64,000 nucleotides of DNA. Origin: Squalus acanthias (lineage: Eukaryota). Below the pieces are notes generated by a model. It was not told the DNA's origin. It worked only from the letters and a program-made list of their open reading frames with translations, and searched no databases. The first letter of the stretch is position 1; every line of letters starts with the position of its first letter. Below, one piece after another: positions 28,338 through 40,626 of this stretch. Made by a program: the position numbers and the translations under genes. Where the stretch lies: the NCBI GenBank assembly GCA_030390025.1, contig JASTWF010000035.1, forward strand, positions 4,464,001 through 4,528,000. Direction: 5' to 3'.

Positions 28338-28800
28338 GCTGTGTGTGTGTGTGTGTGTCGCTGTGTGTGTGTGTGTGTGTGTCGCTGTGTGTGTGTGTGT
28401 CGCTGTGTGTGTGTCGCTGTGTGTGTGTGTCGCTGTGTGTGTGTGTGTGTCGCTGTGTGTGTGTGTGTGTGTGTCGCTGTGTGTGTGTGTGTGTGTGTCG
28501 CTGTGTGTGTGTGTGTGTGTCGCTGTGTGTGTGTGTGTGTGTGTGTGTCGCTGTGTGTGTGTGTGTGTGTGTGTGTCGCTGTGTGTGTGTGTGTGTCGCT
28601 GTGTGTGTGTGTCGCTGTGTGTGTGTGTGTGTGTGTGTGTCGCTGTGTGTGTGTGTCGCTGTGTGTGTGTGTGTGTGTGTCGCTGTGTGTGTGTGTGTCG
28701 CTGTGTGTGTGTCGCTGTGTGTGTGTGTCGCTGTGTGTGTGTGTGTCGCTGTGTGTGTGTGTCGCTGTGTGTGTGTGTGTCGCTGTGTGTGTGTGTGTCG

Positions 28801-28835
<35 letters not shown>

Positions 28836-29534
28836 GCTGTGTGTGTGTGTGTCGCTGTGTGTGTGTGTGTCGCTGTGTGTGTGTGTGTCGCTGTGTGTGT
28901 CTGTGTGTGTGTGTGTGTGTGTGTGTCGCTGTGTGTGTGTGTGTGTGTGTGTGTCGCTGTGTGTGTGTCGCTGTGTGTGTGTGTGTGTGTCGCTGTGTGT
29001 GTGTGTCGCTGTGTGTGTGTCGCTGTGTGTGTGTGTGTGTCGCTGTGTGTCGCTGTGTGTGTGTGTCGCTGTGTGTGTGTGTGTGTCGCTGTGTGTCGCT
29101 GTGTGTGTGTGTCGCTGTGTGTGTGTGTGTCGCTGTGTGTGTGTGTGTGTCGCTGTGTGTCGCTGTGTGTGTGTGTCGCTGTGTGTGTGTGTCGCTGTGT
29201 GTGTGTGTGTCGCTGTGTGTGTGTGTGTGTCGCTGTGTGTCGCTGTGTGTGTGTGTCGCTGTGTGTGTGTGTGTCGCTGTGTGTGTGTGTGTCGCTGTGT
29301 GTGTGTGTCGCTGTGTGTGTGTGTGTGTGTGTGTCGCTGTGTGTGTGTGTCGCTGTGTGTGTGTGTGTCGCTGTGTGTGTGTGTGTGTCGCTGTGTGTGT
29401 GTGTGTGTGTCGCTGTGTGTGTGTGTGTGTGTCGCTGTGTGTGTGTGTGTGTGTGTCGCTGTGTGTGTGTGTGTGTGTGTGTGTCGCTGTGTGTGTGTGT
29501 GTGTGTGTGTGTCGCTGTGTGTGTGTGTGTGTCG

Positions 29535-29573
<39 letters not shown>

Positions 29574-29642
29574 GCTGTGTGTGTGTGTGTGTGTGTCGCT
29601 GTGTGTGTGTGTGTGTCGCTGTGTGTGTGTGTGTGTGTGTCG

Positions 29643-29691
<49 letters not shown>

Positions 29692-29945
29692 GCTGTGTGT
29701 GTGTGTGTGTGTGTCGCTGTGTGTGTGTGTGTGTCGCTGTGTGTGTGTGTCGCTGTGTGTGTCGCTGTGTGTGTGTGTCGCTGTGTGTGTGTGTGTCGCT
29801 GTGTGTGTGTGTGTGTCGCTGTGTGTGTGTCGCTGTGTGTGTGTGTCGCTGTGTGTGTGTGTCGCTGTGTGTGTGTGTGTCGCTGTGTGTGTGTGTCGCT
29901 GTGTGTGTGTGTCGCTGTGTGTGTCGCTGTGTGTGTGTGTGTCGC
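12185..29945. repeat. ~17.8-kb interrupted microsatellite [(GT)n CGCT]m, intronic to PCED1A
   Basis: GT runs of variable length punctuated by CGCT. The 900-6000-aa ORFs arise only because the repeat lacks stop codons. Confidence 0.98.
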
Positions 29946-29995
29946 TCTGTTGTTGAGCTCTCTGAGATGCTGGTTAAATTGTCCTTGTGATGCAG

Positions 29996-30239
29996 CTGCA
30001 GTATCTGGATGCAACTCTGCGCTGCGATGTGATTGAAGCCAATTTCTACAGTGCGGTGTTGGCTGATACTCACGGGTTTGACGTGCTGGACTTGCATTAT
30101 CGATTCCGATTCCAGCTACAGCACCGAGCGCACGATGGAATTCACTGGAACCAGCTCGTGCACCGCAGCATCACCAAGATTCTGCTCGTGCACATTGCGG
30201 ACGCCTGGGGCGTGGCCCTGTCGCACGAGAAACCGCAAG
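29996..30239 (+). CDS. PCED1A: PC-esterase domain-containing protein 1A (FAM113A), internal exon encoding the end of the SGNH-like domain
   Basis: [73 protein letters not shown] matches recalled human PCED1A (LRRDVVEGNFYS...FDVLDLHFHFR...DGVHWD...HVADAWGV). Acceptor TGCAG|CTG (phase 0), donor AAG|GTAACG (phase 1). Confidence 0.9.
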
Positions 30240-33200
30240 GTAACGCCCCCCCTCACACAGTAACACCCCTCACACAGTAACACCCCTCACACAGTAACAC
30301 CCCTCACACAGTAACACCCCTCACACAGTAACACCCCTCACACAGTAACACCCCTCACACAGTAACACCCCTCACACAGTAACACCCCTCACACAGTAAC
30401 ACCCCTCACACAGTAACACCCCTCACACAGTAACACCCCTCACACAGTAACACCCCCCACACAGTAACACCCCCCACACAGTAACACCCCTCACACACAG
30501 TAACACCCCCCACACAGTGACACCCCCCACACACAGTAACACCCCCCCTCACAGTAACACCCCTCACACAGTAACACCCCTCACACAGTAACACCCCTCA
30601 CACAGTAACACCCCTCACACAGTAACACCCCTCACACAGTAACACCCCTCACACAGTAACACCCCTCACACAGTAACACCCCTCACACAGTAACACCCCT
30701 CACACAGTAACACCCCTCACACAGTAACACCCCTCACACAGTAACACCCCCCTCACACAGTAACACCCCCCTCACACAGTAACACCCACCTCACACAGTA
30801 ACACCCCTCACACAGTAACACCCCTCACACAGTAACACCCCCCTCACACAGTAACACCCCCCCTCACACAGTAACACCCCCCTCACACAGTAACACCCCC
30901 CTCACACAGTAACACCCCCCCTCACACAGTAACACCCCTCACACAGTAACACCCCCCCTCACACAGTAACACCCCTCACACAGTAACACCCCCCCTCACA
31001 CAGTAACACCCCTCACACAGTAACACCCCTCACACAGTAACACCCCCCCACACAGTAACACCCCCCTCACACAGTAACACCCCCTCACACAGTAACACCC
31101 CCCACACAGTAACACCCCCCACACACAGTAACACCCCTCACACAGTAACACCCCCCACACAGTAACACCCCCCACACAGTAACACCCCCCACACAGTAAC
31201 ACCCCTCACACAGTAACACCCCCCCTCACACAGTAACACCCCTCACACACAGTAACACCCCTCACACAGTAACACCCCTCACACAGTAACACCCCCTCAC
31301 ACACTAACACCCCTCACACAGAGTAACACCCCTCACACAGTAACACCCCTCACACAGTAACACCCCCCACACAGTAACACCCCCCACACAGTAACCCCCC
31401 CACACAGTAACTCCCCTCACACAGTAACACCCCCCTCACAGTAACACCCCTCACACAGTAACACCCCTCACACACAGTAACACTCCTCACACACAGTAAC
31501 ACCCCCCACACAGTAACACCCCTCACACAGTAACACCCCTCACACAGTAACACCCCTCACACAGTAACACCCCCCACACAGTAACACCCCCCCCCACACA
31601 GTAACACCCCCCCTCACACAGTAACACCCCTCACACAGTAACACCCCTCACACAGTAACCCCACACACACAGTAACACCCCTCACACAGTAACACCCCTC
31701 ACACAGTAACACCCCTCACACAGAGTAACACCCCTCACACAGTAACACCCCTCACACAGTAACCCCCCCACACAGTAACTCCCCTCACACAGTAACACCC
31801 CCCTCACAGTAACACCCCTCACACAGTAACTCCCCTCACACAGTAACACCCCCCACACAGTAACACCCCCCCTCACAGTAACACCCCTCACACAGTAACA
31901 CCCCTCACACAGTAACACCCCTCACACACAGTAACACCCCCCCCCCACACAGTAACACCCCTCACACAGTAACTCCCCTCACACAGTAACACCCCTCACA
32001 CAGTAACACCCCCCACACAGTAACACCCCCCACACAGTAACACCCCCCCCCACACAGTAACACCCCTCACACAGTAACACCCCTCACACAGTAACACCCC
32101 TCACACAGTAACTCCCCTCACACAGTAACACCCCTCACACAGTAACACCCCCCCCCACACAGTAACACCCCTCACACAGTAACCCCCCCCCCCACACAGT
32201 AACACCCCTCACACAGTAACACCCCTCACACAGTAACACCCCTCACACAGTAACTCCCCTCACACAGTAACACCCCTCACACAGTAACACCCCCCCCCAC
32301 ACAGTAACACCCCCCACACAGTAGCACCCCCCCCCACACAGTAACACCCCCCACACAGTAACACCCCCCCCCACACAGTAACACCCCTCACACAGTAACT
32401 CCCCTCACACAGTAACACCCCTCACACAGTAACACCCCCCCCCACACAGTAACACCCCCCACACAGTAACACCCCCCACACAGTAACTCCCCTCACACAG
32501 TAACACCCCTCACACAGTAACACCCCCCCCCACACAGTAACACCCCCCACACAGTAACACCCCCCACACAGTAACTCCCCTCACACAGTAACACCCCTCA
32601 CACAGTAACACCCCCCCCACACAGTAACACCCCCCACACAGTAACACCCCTCACACAGTAACACCCCTCACACAGTAACACCCCCCACACACAGTAACCC
32701 CCCACACAGTAACACCCCTCACACAGTAACACCCCTCACACAGTAACACCCCTCACACAGTAACACCCATCACACAGTAACCCCCCACACAGTAACACCC
32801 CTCACACAGTAACACCCCTCACACAGTAACACCCCTCACACAGTAACACCCATCACACAGTAACACCCCACACAGTAACACCCCCCACACAGTAACACCC
32901 CCCACACAGTAACACCCCCCTCACAGTAACACCCCTCACACAGTAACACCCCTCACACACAGTAACACCCCTCACACACAGTAACACCCCCCACACAGTA
33001 ACACCCCCCACACAGTAACACCCCACACAGTAACACCCCCCACACAGTAACACCCCCCACACAGTAACTCCCCTCACACAGTAACACCCCCCCTCACAGT
33101 AACACCCCTCACACAGTAACACCCCCTCACACACTAACACCCCTCACACAGTAACACCCCTCACACAGTAACACCCCCCCTCACACAGTAACACCCCTCA

Positions 33201-35682
33201 CACAGTAACACCCCCCCTCACACAGTAACACCCCCCCTCACAGTAACACCCCTCACACAGTAACACCCCCTCACACACTAACACCCCTCACACAGTAACA
33301 CCCCACACACACAGTAACACCCCACACACACAGTAACACCCCCCTCACACAGTAACACCCCTCACACAGTAACACCCCCCCACACAGTAACACCCCCCCT
33401 CACACAGTAACACCCCCCCTCACAGTAACACCCCTCACACAGTAACACCCCCTCACACACTAACACCCCTCACACAGTAACACCCCTCACACAGTAACAC
33501 CCCCCCTCACACAGTAACACCCCTCACACAGTAACACCCCTCACACAGTAACACCCCTCACACAGTAACACCCCTCACACACAGTAACACCCCTCACACA
33601 GTAACACCCCCCACACAGTAACACCCCTCACACAGTAACACCCCTCACACAGTAACACCCCTCACACAGTAACACCCCTCACACAGTAACACCCCTCACA
33701 CAGTAACACCCCACACACACAGTAACACCCCACACACAGAGTAACACCCCTCACACAGTAACACCCCTCACACAGTAACACCCCTCACACAGTAACACCC
33801 CTCACACAGTAACACCCCTCCCACACGGTAACACCCCTCACACAGTAACACCCCTCCCACACGGTAACACCCCTCACACAGTAACCCCCCCACACAGTAA
33901 CTCCCCTCACACAGTAACACCCCTCACACAGTAACAGCCCTCACACAGTAACACCCCCCCTCACACAGTAACACCCCTCACACAGTAACACCCCCCACAC
34001 ACAGTAACACCCCTCACACAGTAACACCCCTCACACAGTAACACCCCTCACACAGTAACAGCCCTCACACAGTAACACCCCCCCTCACACAGTAACACCC
34101 CTCACACAGTAACACCCCTCACACAGTAACACCCCTCACACAGTAACACCCCTCCCACACGGTAACACCCCTCACACAGTAACCCCCCCACACAGTAACT
34201 CCCCTCACACAGTAACACCCCTCACACAGTAACACCCCTCACACAGTAACAGCCCTCACACAGTAACACCCCCCCTCACACAGTAACACCCCTCACACAG
34301 TAACACCCCTCACACAGTAACACTCCTCACACACAGTAACACCCCCCACACAGTAACACCCCCCACACAGTAACACCCCCCACACAGTAACACCCCCCAC
34401 ACAGTAACACCCCCCACACAGTAACACCCCTCACACAGTAACACCCCACACACAGAGTAACACCCCTCACACAGTAACACCCCTCACACAGTAACACCCC
34501 CCACACACAGTAACCCCCCCACACAGTAACTCCCCCCTCACAGTAACACCCCCCTCACAGTAACACCCCCCTCACAGTAACACCCCTCACACAGTAACAC
34601 CCCTCACACAGTAACACTCCTCACACACAGTAACACCCCCCACACAGTAACACCCCCCACACAGTAACACCCCTCACACAGTAACCCCCCCACACAGTAA
34701 CACCCCTCACACAGTAACACCCCTCACACAGTAACACCCCTCACACAGTAACACCCCTCACACAGTAACACCCCTCACACAGTAACACCCCTCACACAGT
34801 AACACCCCTCACACAGTAACACCCCTCACACAGTAACACCCCTCACACAGTAACACCCCCCTCACAGTAACACCCCCCTCACAGTAACACCCCCCTCACA
34901 GTAACACCCCCCTCACAGTAACACCCCCCTCACAGTAACACCCCCCTCACAGTAACACCCCCCTCACAGTAACACCCCCCTCACAGTAACACCCCCCTCA
35001 CAGTAACACCCCTCACACAGTAACACCCCCCACACAGTAACACCCCCCACACAGTAATACCCCTCACACAGTAACACACCCCGCACACAGTAACACACCC
35101 CACACAGTAACACACCCCACACAGTAACACACCCCACACAGTAACACACCCCACACAGTAACACCCCTCACACAGTAACACCCCTCACACAGTAATACCC
35201 CTCACACAGTAATACCCCTCACACAGTAACACACCCCTCACACAGTAACACACCCCACACAGTAACACACCCCACACAGTAACACCCCTCACACAGTAAC
35301 ACCCCACACACACAGTAACACCCCTCACACAGTAACACCCCTCACACAGTAACACCCCCCCTCACACAGTAACACCCCCCCTCACACAGTAACACCCCCC
35401 CTCACACAGTAACACCCCTCACACAGTAACACCCCTCACACAGTAATACCCCTCACACAGTAACACCCCCCCCCACACAGTAACACCCCCCACACAGTAA
35501 CACCCCTCACACAGTAACACCCCCCCCCCACACAGTAACACCCCCCCCCCCACACAGTAACACCCCTCACACAGTAACACCCCTCACACAGTAACACCCC
35601 CCACACAGTAACACCCCTCACACAGTAACACCCCTCACACAGTAACACCCCCCCCCCCACACAGTAACACCCCCCCTCACAC
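30240..35682. repeat. ~17-bp minisatellite (GTAACACCCCTCACACA)n, ~5.4 kb, variable C-run
   Basis: Direct reading. The array begins at the GT of the exon's splice donor. Confidence 0.97.
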
Positions 35683-35821
35683 AATCGCACAACCTTTCCT
35701 CCCCGCATCACCTGTGGGGATGAGCGGCCGGAGCCGGGTTTTGCAGCGGGTGGATGGGGGAGGGGTGATTTGGGTGTCACATGTTGCCACGAACATCCTG
35801 AACCACAGGTTCTATTCACAG

Positions 35822-36022
35822 GCTCGATGCCTTTGCCGATTATGTCGAGGGGCCGTCTAGTGACTCAGAGAGGGGTCACTGTCCCATTCTGCCAGCGAGG
35901 GATCCCCGAGTCTCGTAACAGCAATGCTGTAGAAACCGACTTCATCCGTGACTTCACAGAATCCAGATTGGGTGTCCCGTGTCCCGGATACACCAGCTTC
36001 AACATTAACACAGCCTCCAACG
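35822..36022 (+). CDS. PCED1A: Probable penultimate coding exon of PCED1A (poorly conserved C-terminal region)
   Basis: Island of unique sequence between arrays. Acceptor TTCTATTCACAG|GC and donor AACG|GTACGA. 201 nt, phase 1/1, open in the frame required by the flanking exons (GSMPLPIMSRG...TASN). Confidence 0.65.
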
Positions 36023-36129
36023 GTACGATCCGCATCTAACCGGCTTATCTTCATAGTGTGAGAGCACGGGTTGAGGCCCCAGCTATGACACGGGCAGCGA
36101 ACAACACCTTGTAACCGGGGAATGAGTGC

Positions 36130-36540
36130 GGGGGGCGGGGAGCGCGCCGGGGCGGGGCGGGGGGCGGGGAGCGCGCCAGTGGGGGGGGCGGGGAGCGCGC
36201 CAGTGGGGGGGGCGGGGAGCGCGCCAGTGGGGGGGGCGGGGAGCGCGCCAGTGGGGGGGGGCGGGGAGCGCGCCAGTGGGGGGGGGCGGGGAGCGCGCCA
36301 GTGCGGGGAGCGGGCCAGTGGGGGGGGCGGGGAGCGCGCCAGTGGGGGGGGGGCGGGGAGCGCGCCAGTGCGGGGAGCGGGCCAGTGGGGGGGGCGGGGA
36401 GCGCGCCAGTGGGGGGGGGCGGGGAGCGGGCCAGGGCGGGGAGCGGGCCAGGGCGGGGAGCGGGGGGCGGGGAGCGCGTCAGTGGGGGGGGCGGGGAGCG
36501 CGCCAGTGCGGGGAGCGGGCGAGAGCGGGGGGCGGGAGGA
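36130..36540. repeat. G-rich ~23-bp minisatellite (GGGGGGGCGGGGAGCGCGCCAGT)n
   Basis: Direct reading. It accounts for the Pro/Ala- and Gly/Arg-rich ORFs here. Confidence 0.93.
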
Positions 36541-37683
36541 GGGAACCTGACCACTCTCACTGCCCTGCCCCTTTTGCACTGGAAGCTGTCATTAGATTTT
36601 GGATAAATACATTGGGATTTTCAAAAAGCCTTCGATAAGGTACCACATACTAGACTCAAGACTCCCCCGCCATCGGGAACATCCTTCCTGCATCTAGTCT
36701 GTCTAGTCCCGTTAGAATTTTATAAGTTTCAATGAGATCCCCTCTCATTCTTCTAAACTCTAGCGAATATAATCCCAATCGACCCAATCTCTCCTCATAC
36801 GTCATTCCTGCCATCCCAGGTATCAGCCTGGTGAATCTTCGCTGCACTCCCTCCATGGCAAGAACATCCTTCCTCAGATAAGGTGACCAAAACTGCACAC
36901 AATACTCAAGGTGTGGTCTCACCAAGGCCCTGTACAACTGCAGCAAGACATCCTTGCTCCTGTATTCGAATCCTCTCGCTATGAAGGCCAACATACCATT
37001 TGCCTTCTTAACCGCCTGCTGCACCTGCATGCTTACTTTCAGCGACTGGTGCACGAGGACACCCAGGTCTCGTTGCACTTCCCCTTTTCCCAATCTATTG
37101 CCATTCAGATAATCTGTCTTCCTGTTTTTGCCACCAAAGTGGATAACCTCGCATTTGTCCACATTGGGCAGATGCATGGCAGATGCAGTATAATCACCCA
37201 ACCTGTCCAAATCATACTGGAGTTTCTCTGCATCCTCCTCACAGCACACACGCCCACCCAGCTTTGTGTCATCTGCAAACTTGGAGATATTACATCTAGT
37301 TCCCTTGTCTAGCTCATTAATATATATTGTGAATAGCTGGGGTCCTAGCACCGATCCCTGCGGTACCCCACTAGTCACTGCCTGCCACTCGGAAAAAGAC
37401 CCGTTTATTCCAACTCTTTGTTTCCCGTCTGCCAACCAGTTCTCTATCCAAGTCAGTACCTTACCCCCAATCCCATGTGCTTTAACTTTGCACGCCAATC
37501 TCTTATGCGGGACCTTATCGAAAGCCTTCTGAAAGTCCAAATACACCACATCCACTGGTTCTCCCTTATCTATTCTACCAGTTACATAGATACATAGATA
37601 CATAGAAGATAGGAGCAGGAGTAGGCCATCCGGCCCTTCGAGCCTGCTCCGCCATTTAATGAGATCATGGCTGATCCTCCAAT

Positions 37684-40509
37684 TCAGTATCCCGTCCCCG
37701 CCTTCTCTCCGTAACCCTTAACCCCTTTTGCCTGTAGAAATATATCTAATTCCCTCTTAAATATATTTAATGAGCTGGCGTACACTGCCCTCTGTGGCAA
37801 TGAGTTCCACAGGTTCACCACCCTCTGAGTGAAGAAATTCCCCCTCTTTTCTGTCCTAAATGGTTTAGCCCTTATCCTTAAATTATGTCCTCTAGTTCTG
37901 TTCTCACCCGCCAAGGGAAACATTCCTTCTGCATCTAGTCTGTCTAGACCTGTCAGAATTTTATACACTTCTATGAGGTCCCCTCTCAATCTTCTAAACT
38001 CCAGTGTGTACATCCCTAAACTACATAGTCTCTCCTCATAGGTCAATCCCGCCATTCCTGGTATCAGCCTGGTGAATCGCCGCTGCACCCCCTCCATGGC
38101 AAGAACATCTTTCCTCAGATGAGGCGACCAAAACTGTACACAGTAATCGAGGTGTGGTCTCACCAGTGCCCTGTACAGCTGCAGCAAGGTATCCCTGTTC
38201 CTGTATTCCAACCCTTTTGCTATGAAGGCCAGCATACCGTTTGCCTTCTTGACCGCCTGTTGCACCTGCATGCTCGCCTTCAGTGACTGGTGTACAAGAA
38301 CACCCAGGTCTCTCTGTACTTCCCCCTCTCCCAATTTATTGCCATTTAAATAATAATTTGCCCTCCCGTTCCTGCACCCAAGGTGGATAACTTCGCACTT
38401 GTCCACATTATAGTGCATCTGCCATTTATCCGCCCAATCACCCAGTCTGTCCAAATCGCTCTGGAGCTTCCTGGTCTCCTCCTCTGAGCCCACCCCCCCT
38501 CCTAGTTTAGTGTCGTCTGCAAATGTGGAAATGCTGCATCCGACTCCCTGATCCAGGTCATTAATGTAAATTGTGAACAGCTGGGGACCCAGGACAGATC
38601 CCTGTGGTACCCCACTTGTTACTGCCTGCCATTCAGAAAATGAGCCGTTTATTCCAACTCTCTGTTTTCTATCTGACAGCCAGTTCTCTATCCACGTCAA
38701 TACTTTCCCCTTTATCCCATGAGCTTCAATTTTCCATGCTAATCTTTTATGTGGGACCTTGTCGAAGGCCTTTTGGAAGTCCAGGTACACCACATCTACT
38801 GGCTCGCCCCCATCTATTTTACCAGTTACTCCCTCAAAAAATTCCAATAGATTAGTCAAGCACGATTTACCCTTTGTAAATCCATGTTGACTCTGTCCTA
38901 TCCTGTCCCCATTTGCTAAGTGCTCCGCTATTTCATCCTTAATGATGGACTCCAGCATTTTGCCCACAACTGATGTAAGGCTTACAGGTCTGTAATTACC
39001 TGCTTTTTCCCTACCCCCCTTTTTGAATAGTGGGGTAACGTTAGCTACCCTCCAATCCATGGGCACTGTTCCCGAGTCTAATGAATTCTGAAAAATCATA
39101 CTTAGTGCATCCGCTATCTCTAGGGCCACCTCCTTCAGTACCCTAGGATGCATGTTATCAGGCCCTGGGGATTTGTCCGCCTTCAATTCCTTTAGCTTCC
39201 TTAACACCATATCCTTAGAGATATTGATTTGCGTCAGTTCCTCCTTTGCCAATGTCCCTATTTTTCCCGATATCCCAGGGAGGTTTTTTGTGTCTTCCTT
39301 CGTAAAGACTGACCCAAAGTATGCATTTAGTTGGTCTGCCATTTCCTTATTTCCCGTTATATATTCCCCCGTATCTGACTGCAATGGACCAACTTTGGTT
39401 TTCACCAGTCTTTTCCTCTTGATATACTTATAAAAGCTTTTGGAGTTAGTTTTTATATTTTCCGCCAGCTTGCTTTCGTAAGCTATTTTGCGCCTCTTGA
39501 TTAAGCCCTTTGTCCTCCTTTGCTCTATCTTAAACTGTTCCCAATCTTCCGCTCTGGCGCTTTTTTTGGCTATTTTATACGCCCTATCTTTGGATTTTAT
39601 GCTGTCTCTAATTTCCCCTGTTATCCACGGTTGAGTCACCTTTTTAGATTTCCTTTTATGCCAGATTGGTATAAACAATTTTTGCAATTTTGTCATTCTA
39701 TCTTTAAATGCTTGCCATTGTTTATCTACCTCCAGTCCTCCCAGGAACGTTGTCCAATCAGACCTACTCAGTTCCCGTCTAATGGCATCATAATTCCCCT
39801 TGTTTAAATTCAGGACCTTAGTCTCTGAGTCAATTTCTTCGCTCTCCATTTCGAGTGAGAAATCGATCATGTTATGATCGCTCTGACCCAAGGGTCCCCG
39901 TACAACAAGATTACTAATTAGTCCCTTCTCATTGCACAGTACCCAGTCCAATATAGCCTGTTCCCGAGTTGGTTCCTCGACATATTGATCCAGATAACCA
40001 TCCCTTAAACACTCAAGGAATTCCTCCTCCTCATTATTTTTACTGATTAGGCTAGTCCAATCTATATGTAAGTTAAAGTCACCTATGATGACAGCTGTGC
40101 TCTTATTGCACGCTTCTCTAATTTCCCTCGTGATGCCCTCCCCAACCTCTATTTTACTATTTGGAGGCCTATATACCACTCCTATTAATGTTTTTCGCCC
40201 CTCGCTATTTCTTAGCTCCACCCATATAGATTCTGTATTAACTGAGTTAATATCCTTCCTTTCAATTGCATTTATCCCCTCTTTTACCAGCAATGCTACC
40301 CCTCCTCCCTTTCTTTTTTGTCGATCCTTCCTAAATACTGAATACTCCTGTATGTTAAGCTCCCAGCCCTGCTCACCCTGCAACCATGTTTCCGTAATCC
40401 CAATTAGATCATAATTATTAACCTCTATTTCCACAGCTAATTCATCTACCTTGTTCCTGATGCTTCTCGCATTAAGGTATAAAACCCTCAGGCTTTTTTT
40501 AATGCTCAC
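37684..40509 (-). CDS. CR1 ORF2p: APE endonuclease + reverse transcriptase, 941 aa, no internal stop
   Basis: Motifs YLNARS, GITETW, YRPP, GDFN, SDH (endonuclease) and NYRPVSLT, QHGF, LDFQKAFD, GVPQGSVLGP, FADD, DLGV (RT). Non-ATG (GTG) frame start. Confidence 0.93.
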   Translation of the reverse strand: MSIKKSLRVLYLNARSIRNKVDELAVEIEVNNYDLIGITETWLQGEQGWELNIQEYSVFRKDRQKRKGGGVALLVKEGINAIERKDINSVNTESIWVELRNSEGRKTLIGVVYRPPNSKIEVGEGITREIREACNKSTAVIIGDFNLHIDWTSLISKNNEEEEFLECLRDGYLDQYVEEPTREQAILDWVLCNEKGLISNLVVRGPLGQSDHNMIDFSLEMESEEIDSETKVLNLNKGNYDAIRRELSRSDWTTFLGGLEVDKQWQAFKDRMTKLQKLFIPIWHKRKSKKVTQPWITGEIRDSIKSKDRAYKIAKKSARAEDWEQFKIEQRRTKGLIKRRKIAYESKLAENIKTNSKSFYKYIKRKRLVKTKVGPLQSDTGEYITGNKEMADQLNAYFGSVFTKEDTKNLPGISGKIGTLAKEELTQINISKDMVLRKLKELKADKSPGPDNMHPRVLKEVALEIADALSMIFQNSLDSGTVPMDWRVANVTPLFKKGGREKAGNYRPVSLTSVVGKMLESIIKDEIAEHLANGDRIGQSQHGFTKGKSCLTNLLEFFEGVTGKIDGGEPVDVVYLDFQKAFDKVPHKRLAWKIEAHGIKGKVLTWIENWLSDRKQRVGINGSFSEWQAVTSGVPQGSVLGPQLFTIYINDLDQGVGCSISTFADDTKLGGGVGSEEETRKLQSDLDRLGDWADKWQMHYNVDKCEVIHLGCRNGRANYYLNGNKLGEGEVQRDLGVLVHQSLKASMQVQQAVKKANGMLAFIAKGLEYRNRDTLLQLYRALVRPHLDYCVQFWSPHLRKDVLAMEGVQRRFTRLIPGMAGLTYEERLCSLGMYTLEFRRLRGDLIEVYKILTGLDRLDAEGMFPLAGENRTRGHNLRIRAKPFRTEKRGNFFTQRVVNLWNSLPQRAVYASSLNIFKRELDIFLQAKGVKGYGEKAGTGY

Positions 40510-40626
40510 ATTTTTTATGAATTAGTTTGGCCCTTTGTTTTTTGTTCCTCACCCTTTTACCATTTATTTCTGTCTGCCTTTCACTTTCCTCTATTTCACT
40601 ACATAGGTTTCTAGCCCCCTGCCATA

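Noticed and set aside
11861..30097. Giant 900-6031-aa Cys/Val- and His/Thr-rich ORFs as novel proteins
   Set aside because: They are translations of a stop-free dinucleotide array, open in several frames at once. Only 29996-30239 has real coding signal.
29996..30239. PCED1A exon derived from CR1 ORF1 esterase (DGIH vs DGLH)
   Set aside because: Both are SGNH-fold proteins sharing only the DxxH block. The exon matches a conserved intron-containing cellular gene and shows no wider similarity to ORF1.
30240..35682. Array of recursive splice sites
   Set aside because: Units read CAGTAAC, where AG and GT share one G. Recursive sites need AG|GT (AGGT).
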